A stretch of DNA of 64,000 nt. Source: Candidatus Bipolaricaulota bacterium. Its GTDB lineage: Bacteria; Bipolaricaulota; Bipolaricaulia; RBG-16-55-9. Of this stretch, positions 46,496-52,627 are shown in pieces; position 1 is the first letter of the stretch; each line of letters starts with the position of its first letter. A model generated the notes under the pieces. It saw only the letters and a program-made list of their open reading frames with translations, was not told the origin of the DNA and searched no databases. The stretch covers positions 30 to 64,029 of the forward strand of contig JALSGO010000083.1 of assembly GCA_026982655.1 (NCBI GenBank), read 5' to 3'. Both the position numbers and the translations under genes were made by a program.

Positions 46496-47077
46496 ATGCG
46501 ACCACAGAGCAGTTGGGTTCACGTCGGTTGGATCACAGCGTTGCTGACGGTGGCGGTGGGGATCGGGCTTGCGGTGGGGCTTCCGGGACGGGCCCACGAG
46601 GGCGCGGAGGTGAGCGCCTATCCTACCACCGTGGCCCCGGGGGAGACGCTCTTCGTGGAGGGCGCGGACATCAACCCTAACGGCCCGATCGCCCTCTTCT
46701 TGGAGGGCGTAAAGGGCAAGTTCCGCCTGGGTCAGGTCCGGGGGGACGAGGACGGCGGGTTCAAGACGAGCGTGGCCCTCCCGCCGGATCTCCCGCCGGG
46801 GACCTATTTGTTGGTGGCCGTCGGGGCCAACGGGGAGAAGGCCACCTTCTCGGTGACGGTGGCCGCCGCGGTAAGCTCCCTCACCCAAGAGCCCAGGGAG
46901 CCCACGGACGCGCTCATGGAGCTGGACCGGTCAAGGTCCTCCGAGGAGTGGGCGTTCCTCGCCGTCGTGATCGGGCTGAGCCTGCTCCTGGGGGCGTGGC
47001 TGGCCCGCCCGGAACGGATGGTTGCACCTGCCTCTCCTTCTGCCTCCGCCGCCGAGCCCGACGGGAGCGGGCCTTGA
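46496..47077 (+). CDS. Hypothetical bitopic membrane protein (N- and C-terminal TM helices, central beta-rich domain) co-transcribed with cytochrome b
   Basis: ORF begins 5 nt after the cytochrome b stop; no heme (CxxCH) or copper motif. Confidence 0.4.
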   Translation: MRPQSSWVHVGWITALLTVAVGIGLAVGLPGRAHEGAEVSAYPTTVAPGETLFVEGADINPNGPIALFLEGVKGKFRLGQVRGDEDGGFKTSVALPPDLPPGTYLLVAVGANGEKATFSVTVAAAVSSLTQEPREPTDALMELDRSRSSEEWAFLAVVIGLSLLLGAWLARPERMVAPASPSASAAEPDGSGP

Positions 47078-47103
47078 GCGCAAAGGGGGCCGAGAGGAAG
47101 GAG

Positions 47104-48309
47104 ATGAGCCGACGGGGGTACGAAGGAGTTTCGGTCGTGGGGGCCGGACCGGCGGGGCTTGTGGCGGCCCTCACGCTGGCCCGCGCAGGCGTCCCCGTCA
47201 CCGTCTACGAGAAGGGGCCGACGGTGGGCACCCGCTTCCACGGCGACTTTCAAGGCTTAGAGAACTGGTCCCGCGAGCTCGACGTCTTGGAGGATCTCCG
47301 GACGATGGGGCTTGCGATCAACTTCGCCGTGCAACCGCGCGACTCAGCGGACTTCTACGACGCCTGGGACCGGAAGTACGACATCAGGACCCGAGAGCCC
47401 CTCTTCTATCTGGTGCGCCGCGGGGGTGGGGAGGGGAGCCTCGACCGCGGGCTCTACGCCCAGGCCCGGGAGGCCGGGGTGCGGTTCCGTTTCCACACCA
47501 AGCTCGATCGGGTGGAGGGCCCGGCGATCGTGGCCACCGGCCCGCGCTACGCCGACGGCATCTGCGTGGGCTACCTCTTCGAGACGGACCTAGAAGACCT
47601 TACGGCCTGCATCCTCTCCCAGCGCCTGGCCCCCCGCGGCTACAGCTACCTCCTGGTGGCCGACGGTCGGGCGACGCTGGTGAGCTGCCACTTCGCCGAC
47701 CTCCCCCGCTGGCGGGATCATCTGGAGGCCACCGTCGAGGCCTTCCGAAAGCTTTACCGCTTTGAGATGCGGAACCCCCGCTTCTTCTCCGGCTACGGGA
47801 ACCTCTTCGCCCGGGGGCGCTTCCGCGACGGCCAAAAACTCTACGTGGGCGAGGCCGCCGGGCTCCAGGACGGCCTGTGGGGCTTCGGGATGCGCTTTGC
47901 CCTGCGCTCGGGATATCTGGCGGCCCAGAGCCTGCTCTCCGGCCAAGACTACGACGAGCTGGTCCGAAGGGAGCTTCTGCCGCACCACCGGGCGGGGCTG
48001 GTCAACCGCTTTTTCTGGAACCTCTTGAGCGATCGCATGTTGGCGTTCTTCCTGCGGCGGGCGGCGCGCTGGACCGACCTTCGGGGGCGGCTGCGCGAGC
48101 TCGCCGGGCCCCGTCCCTGGAAGGATCGGCTCTATCCCTTCATCCGGGGAGCCTGCGGCTGGCGGGCCCGCTACCGCGACGAGCGCTGCCTCCGGGAGGG
48201 GTGTCCCTGCATCGGGTGCGCGTGTCGGAGTCCTTCGCGTACGATCTCGAGCCCCTGCGTCTCTTGGGGAGCGGCTCGGTTCCGACTCGACATGACGCAA
48301 GTCATTTGA
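47104..48309 (+). CDS. FAD-dependent oxidoreductase (geranylgeranyl-reductase-like family) with a Cys-rich C-terminus
   Basis: VSVVGAGPAGLVAALTLARAG dinucleotide-binding motif; ...GEAAGLQDG...; C-terminal CPCIGCACRS; GAGGAAGGAG RBS. Confidence 0.7.
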   Translation: MSRRGYEGVSVVGAGPAGLVAALTLARAGVPVTVYEKGPTVGTRFHGDFQGLENWSRELDVLEDLRTMGLAINFAVQPRDSADFYDAWDRKYDIRTREPLFYLVRRGGGEGSLDRGLYAQAREAGVRFRFHTKLDRVEGPAIVATGPRYADGICVGYLFETDLEDLTACILSQRLAPRGYSYLLVADGRATLVSCHFADLPRWRDHLEATVEAFRKLYRFEMRNPRFFSGYGNLFARGRFRDGQKLYVGEAAGLQDGLWGFGMRFALRSGYLAAQSLLSGQDYDELVRRELLPHHRAGLVNRFFWNLLSDRMLAFFLRRAARWTDLRGRLRELAGPRPWKDRLYPFIRGACGWRARYRDERCLREGCPCIGCACRSPSRTISSPCVSWGAARFRLDMTQVI

Positions 48310-48334
48310 CCCACCCCCTCTGGGGTGGAATAAT
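48306..48334 (+). promoter_or_regulatory. Promoter TTGACC - 17 nt - AATAAT containing the near-palindrome GACCCACCCC-ctct-GGGGTGGAAT (CsoR-type operator candidate, site C)
   Basis: Core arms match 7/8; the -35 overlaps the stop codon of the upstream oxidoreductase gene. Confidence 0.5.
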
Positions 48335-48342
48335 AGAGTGAA

Positions 48343-48669
48343 ATGTCTGCAGAAGCGCGGCGCGGGATCGACAGCAGGTTCCGGGATCTCCTGTCCCTGT
48401 TGCTCATCGGGGTGTTGATCCTGCCGATGGCCGGCCCCTCCGGCCCCTTCACGGAGTCAGGGGCGTGTTCGGGGAACCCGCTTGAGGCGGGATGCGCTGC
48501 GATTCTGCATGTCGCCCGAGGCACGGCCGGTCATTGCCTGCCTTGTGGTGCCGTTGTCCTCCTGAGCTCTCCTCTGCCCTTTGCCTGGGCACTCGTAGGG
48601 GATTGGACTTCCGCCGGACTTGGCAGCCCGTTGGATCCGTCCTTTGTGCCCTGGCGTCCCCCTGCCTGA
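48343..48669 (+). CDS. Putative small Cys-rich membrane protein (uncertain; GC3 drops in the 3' half)
   Basis: First ORF after the site-C operator; hydrophobic N-terminus; five Cys (CSGNPLEAGC...HCLPCG). Confidence 0.25.
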   Translation: MSAEARRGIDSRFRDLLSLLLIGVLILPMAGPSGPFTESGACSGNPLEAGCAAILHVARGTAGHCLPCGAVVLLSSPLPFAWALVGDWTSAGLGSPLDPSFVPWRPPA

Positions 48670-48784
48670 CCTCCGCTTCGTTCTTTTGCCCGTGCCCGCG
48701 GTCCTTTGAACGGGCCTTCGTCGGCCTAAGGGATCGTACGTATCTCAACTCCATCTGCAATCTGCACAAGGAGCAGGAGGTCGA

Positions 48785-49270
48785 GTGCCAATGCCTAAGA
48801 AGACGAACAAGGATCGGAAGGTCAAGCAGCAGCGTCTACTCCGGCAGGGGGCGGCCGGGGGCTGGCGGCCCTGGGCCTTTGGGGCCGTCACCCTCGGGGT
48901 GCTAACAGCCGCGTTTGGGCTGCTCTTGCCGAAGTTCTTCGCCGACGGTCCCGCAGCGGACGGGGAGGCCAACGTCATCCTGGTCGAAGCGGACATGGCC
49001 GGGCTCTATCCCAAGGAGATCCGGGTCAAGGCCGGGGAGCCCGTGACCATCCGCCTGCGCAGCTTGGACAACCGGTTCCACCTGGACGGGGGAGGCAAGC
49101 ACCAGTTCGCCATCGACGAGCTGGGGGTCAACATCATCGCTCCGCCGCTCGGCACGGCCGAGGCCACCTTCATCCCTACGGAACCGGGTGAATACGAGTT
49201 CTACTGCGACATCTGCTGCGGCGGGCGGGCCAACCCGACCATGGTAGGGAGGCTGATCGTCGAGCTATGA
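48785..49270 (+). CDS. Membrane-anchored cupredoxin_1-like copper-binding protein (paralog 2)
   Basis: ...HLDGGGKHQFAIDELGV...EYEFYCDICCGGRANPTMVGRLIV, same architecture as the protein at 42768. Confidence 0.6.
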   Translation: MPMPKKTNKDRKVKQQRLLRQGAAGGWRPWAFGAVTLGVLTAAFGLLLPKFFADGPAADGEANVILVEADMAGLYPKEIRVKAGEPVTIRLRSLDNRFHLDGGGKHQFAIDELGVNIIAPPLGTAEATFIPTEPGEYEFYCDICCGGRANPTMVGRLIVEL

Positions 49271-50109
49271 GCGCTCTGACCCAGATCTCCGCGCGCAAGG
49301 TGGTGCTGGCCTCGGCGATCGCCCTGGGGGTGATCGCCGCCGCGGTCTTCTTGGGGCTGCGGCACCCCTCCGCCCAGGCCGTCCCGATGAGCCCGCTCCT
49401 CCCGGCGGTGACGCTGGGGACCATCGTGGTGGCCGGGATCGTCGACGGGATCAACCCCTGTGCCTTCACGGTGCTCCTACTGTTCGTTACTGCCCTGCTC
49501 GCGAGCCTGCAAACCCGCAGCGACGTCGGGATCGCCGAGAACGTGGGGGCCACGCGCGCCCGGATCGTGGGGCTCGGCTCCATCTACATCGCAGCCATCT
49601 TCCTCACCTACCTGGCGCTGGGGGCGGGGCTCTTGGTGACGGCAGATCTCTTCGTGCGGGAGCACCTGCCCGCCCGGATCGGGGCGCTGCTCGCCATCTT
49701 CCTCGGGCTGTGGATGCTCAAGGACTACTTCCTGCCCGGGTGGGGCTGGCGGCTGGGGGCCCCCAAGGTCGTGGGGGAGTGGGCCCGGCGCGCGGCCCGG
49801 AAGATGACCGTCCCGGCGCTGGCGCTCGGGGGCTTTCTCATCGGGCTCTGCACCGTGCCCTGCAGCGGGGCGGTCTACCTGGCGGTGCTGGCGCTCCTCT
49901 CGACCCAGCCGACCGCGACGGCCTTCGGGTACCTGGTGCTCTACAACCTGATGTTCATCCTCCCGTTGGTCGGGGTGCTGGCCGTGGCCGCGTCGCGCCC
50001 GGCGCTGAACCGCTTGGCCCGCTGGAACCTCCACCACCGGGAGGGGGTCCGGCTGGCCTTGGGGTCGGGTGTCGTGCTCATGGGGCTGTTCATCCTGTAC
50101 ACCGTCTAG
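49267..50109 (+). CDS. CcdA/DsbD-family transmembrane thiol-disulfide protein (cytochrome c-type biogenesis CcdA-like)
   Basis: ATGA overlap with the upstream gene; DGINPCAFTVLLLFV (TM1 Cys) and LCTVPCSGAVYL (TM4 Cys), six TM. Confidence 0.6.
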   Translation: MSALTQISARKVVLASAIALGVIAAAVFLGLRHPSAQAVPMSPLLPAVTLGTIVVAGIVDGINPCAFTVLLLFVTALLASLQTRSDVGIAENVGATRARIVGLGSIYIAAIFLTYLALGAGLLVTADLFVREHLPARIGALLAIFLGLWMLKDYFLPGWGWRLGAPKVVGEWARRAARKMTVPALALGGFLIGLCTVPCSGAVYLAVLALLSTQPTATAFGYLVLYNLMFILPLVGVLAVAASRPALNRLARWNLHHREGVRLALGSGVVLMGLFILYTV

Positions 50110-50159
50110 CTGGGAAACGGAGAACGGATCGAGAACCCAGGAGAAAGGAGGAAGCGGCG

Positions 50160-50480
50160 GTGAACAACCATCATGCGGGAGGCGGCAAGCCCTGCCACGT
50201 CGAGCGGCTGGAGAAAGAGGTGGACATGGAGGCGCTGCGCTCCACCCGGGTCAGCATCCTGGCGGTGACGGGGATGGGGTGTCCCAACTGTGCCCTGCGG
50301 GTGCACAACGCGCTCCTCGCCCTCCCCGGCGTCCATCGGGTGGACGTGGAGCTGGAGGCCGAGCGGGCGATCGTCTACTGGGACCCGACCGCCCTGCAGC
50401 CGGAGAGGCTGATCGAGGCGGTCTCCCAGGCTGCGGCGGGGACCCCTCACGACTACCGGGCGTACTTCGTGAAGCCGTAG
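50160..50480 (+). CDS. copZ: Heavy-metal-associated (HMA) domain copper chaperone, CopZ-like, with a His-rich N-terminal tail
   Basis: GTG start after AGGAGAAAGGAGG; NNHHAGGGKPCH tail; VTGMGCPNCALRV (MxCxxC). Confidence 0.7.
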   Translation: MNNHHAGGGKPCHVERLEKEVDMEALRSTRVSILAVTGMGCPNCALRVHNALLALPGVHRVDVELEAERAIVYWDPTALQPERLIEAVSQAAAGTPHDYRAYFVKP

Positions 50481-50503
50481 CGGAGCCACAGACGCAGAGC
50501 GGG

Positions 50504-50590
50504 GCTGCCCGGGGCCCGAGTCACCGTCGTCGCATCGGCTTCCACCTCCGCCCCGGGCAGCTCCCCGCCCTGCCCGCCGACGGCAGGGAG
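50504..50590 (+). other. Two GC-rich hairpins (12-bp perfect inverted repeat GCTGCCCGGGGC ... GCCCCGGGCAGC, then CCCTGCC-N7-GGCAGGG) after the copZ-like gene
   Basis: Read from sequence; approximate coordinates. Confidence 0.4.
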
Positions 50591-50642
50591 CTCCCACACA
50601 CGGGGAGAGAAGGAGAAAGGGAAGACACAAGGAGGGATTTCC

Positions 50643-51173
50643 ATGGACCTTAGGCTCATCGCCGTTGCGATCGTCTCCTTGGCGCTGGGGTTCCTCTTGG
50701 CCTCCGGCCTGCGCCCGGAGGTCGGGGTGGGGCCTTCGGAGGCGGAGCGGATCTTGGAGCGGCTGCGGCGCGAGATCATCCCGGAGGAGGGCAGCCCCAC
50801 GGGCTACGGGATCGCCTTCAGCGAGGCGGGCTACCAGACCCTGGTGGCCAAGAACCGCACACTCAGCGTCCCGCCCGAGCGGGCGGACGACTTCGAGGGC
50901 CTGGACATGAGCCTGCCCTGCTGTCCCTTCCAGAGCCCGAGCGTCGACGAGGCGAAGAACTGCCCGTGCGAGCACCATCAGGCGCTCTACGGGCTGGCCA
51001 AGTGGCTCCTCCAAGAAGACTATCCCGCAGACCGGGTCCAGGAGGAGGTGGCGCGCTGGAGCCGCTACCTCTTCCCCAAGGAGGCGCTGCGGGCGGAGAT
51101 GGAGCGGCGGGCGAAGCTCGATCCCGCCGTCGAAGCCGCCCTGGAGGAGCTCAAGGCCAAGGGGAAGTGCTAG
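50643..51173 (+). CDS. Membrane-anchored protein with Cys/His metal-binding-like motifs (LPCCPF, NCPCEHH, C-terminal Cys)
   Basis: N-terminal TM; motifs reminiscent of the CopG/DUF411 or PCYCGC families, but assignment is uncertain. Confidence 0.4.
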   Translation: MDLRLIAVAIVSLALGFLLASGLRPEVGVGPSEAERILERLRREIIPEEGSPTGYGIAFSEAGYQTLVAKNRTLSVPPERADDFEGLDMSLPCCPFQSPSVDEAKNCPCEHHQALYGLAKWLLQEDYPADRVQEEVARWSRYLFPKEALRAEMERRAKLDPAVEAALEELKAKGKC

Positions 51174-51227
51174 GCCGATTGGAACAGGGACGACCCGACG
51201 AGATCGAGGACGAGGAGGCGAGCGACG

Positions 51228-52541
51228 ATGATGGCATCCACAGCCGAACCGGCGGAAACGGAACCCCGACGGGGCGGGGGCCTGGGGAAGAGCCTTCGGG
51301 AGCGCTGGGCGCTCTGGACCCTGGGGCTGTTCGCCCTGCTGATCGTAGGGCTCTTCTTCTTCTACCGCCCGCCCATGGAGGAGAGCATCACGGGGGACAC
51401 CTTCCACCCCATCCGCGGGCTGATCGGCTTCCCCCACGGCCCGGGGGCCGCCGCGGAACCCTACGACGAGGAGGCCCTCGACCGCTTCGTGGAGGAGACG
51501 ATCGCGGAGACCTACGCCAAGGCGCGCATCGATCAGATCAAGCTCCTCCTCATGGGGCTCCTCATCGGCTTGATCCCGCTGGGCTATTACCGCGGTCGGT
51601 CGGACCGCCTAAAGCGCCTGGGACAGCGGGTCAACAAGATCTGGGACCCCTACACCTTCGGCACCGTCTCGGGGCTCCTTTTGGTGGGGGTGATCATCCC
51701 TACGGGGACGGTCCTCGGCCTCTTCTACAGCGCCGACGCGGAGAAGCTCTACGAGAGCATGGCGGGCATCGTGGGGAACCCCATCCTGAGTTTCCTGCGC
51801 AACCTCCACCTCTGGGCCTCGGAGGCGTTCTTGCTCTTCCTGTTCCTGCACACGGCCCGGATCGTCTCCACGCGGGCCTACTTTGCGGGACGCAAGCTCG
51901 TCTGGGTTCTGGGTGTCGTGCTGCTTGTGATCAGCTGGGCGACCTTCCTGATCGGCACCTTCATCCGGGGGGACCAGGAAGCGTTTGAGGCCTGGGTCCA
52001 CATGATGGCCCTCATCCGCTTCATCCCCCTCGTCGGGGACCCGATCGCCGACTTCTTCTCCGGCCCCTTCGCCGTCATGCGGCTGTACGTCTTCCACATC
52101 GTGATCACCACCATCGCCTTGCTGCTGATTCTGGCACCCCACGTGCTGATGCAGAAGGTGTACGTCCACGTGCAGCGGCGCTGGAGGGCGGCCCTTCGCT
52201 ACACCCTGGGGCTTACGGCCCTGATCGCGGTCCTCAGCCTGCTGGTGCCCGCCCCCTTCCTGGCGGAGCCCTACCACGACCTGGAGATCACCAAGCCACC
52301 GTGGCCCTATTACTTCCTGTACGCCTGGGAGAACATCGGCGGCGCGGTGAGCATGATCTGGTCGCCGCTGCTCATCCTGGTGCCGCTGCTTCTGCTGCCG
52401 TACGCGCTGGAGCAGCTGCCACTCGCCCGCCGGACCGCCCAACGGGTGGGCGACTGGGTCTTCTACGGCGGGGTCCTGATCACCTTAGGGCTGAGCTACT
52501 GGGTGGCCGCCTCGGGAATTGTGGCCCACGTCTTCGAATGA
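51228..52541 (+). CDS. Cytochrome b-like protein (bc-complex cytochrome b N-terminal domain), paralog 2 with an N-terminal extension
   Basis: RNLHLWASEAFLLFLFLHTARIVSTRAYFAGRK heme-ligand pattern; polytopic. Confidence 0.7.
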   Translation: MMASTAEPAETEPRRGGGLGKSLRERWALWTLGLFALLIVGLFFFYRPPMEESITGDTFHPIRGLIGFPHGPGAAAEPYDEEALDRFVEETIAETYAKARIDQIKLLLMGLLIGLIPLGYYRGRSDRLKRLGQRVNKIWDPYTFGTVSGLLLVGVIIPTGTVLGLFYSADAEKLYESMAGIVGNPILSFLRNLHLWASEAFLLFLFLHTARIVSTRAYFAGRKLVWVLGVVLLVISWATFLIGTFIRGDQEAFEAWVHMMALIRFIPLVGDPIADFFSGPFAVMRLYVFHIVITTIALLLILAPHVLMQKVYVHVQRRWRAALRYTLGLTALIAVLSLLVPAPFLAEPYHDLEITKPPWPYYFLYAWENIGGAVSMIWSPLLILVPLLLLPYALEQLPLARRTAQRVGDWVFYGGVLITLGLSYWVAASGIVAHVFE

Positions 52542-52590
52542 GGAGGGCCGGACTTGACAACCCTCCCCGGATGGGGTACAGTGAGACCAT

Positions 52591-52616
52591 ATCCCACCCC
52601 AGGTGGGGTGGATAAG
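52591..52616 (+). promoter_or_regulatory. Near-palindrome ATCCCACCCC-aggt-GGGGTGGAT overlapping a GATAAG -10-like hexamer (CsoR-type operator candidate, site D)
   Basis: Right arm lacks one G relative to a perfect repeat; immediately upstream of the RND paralog 2 start. Confidence 0.5.
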
Positions 52617-52627
52617 GGGTGAAGCGA

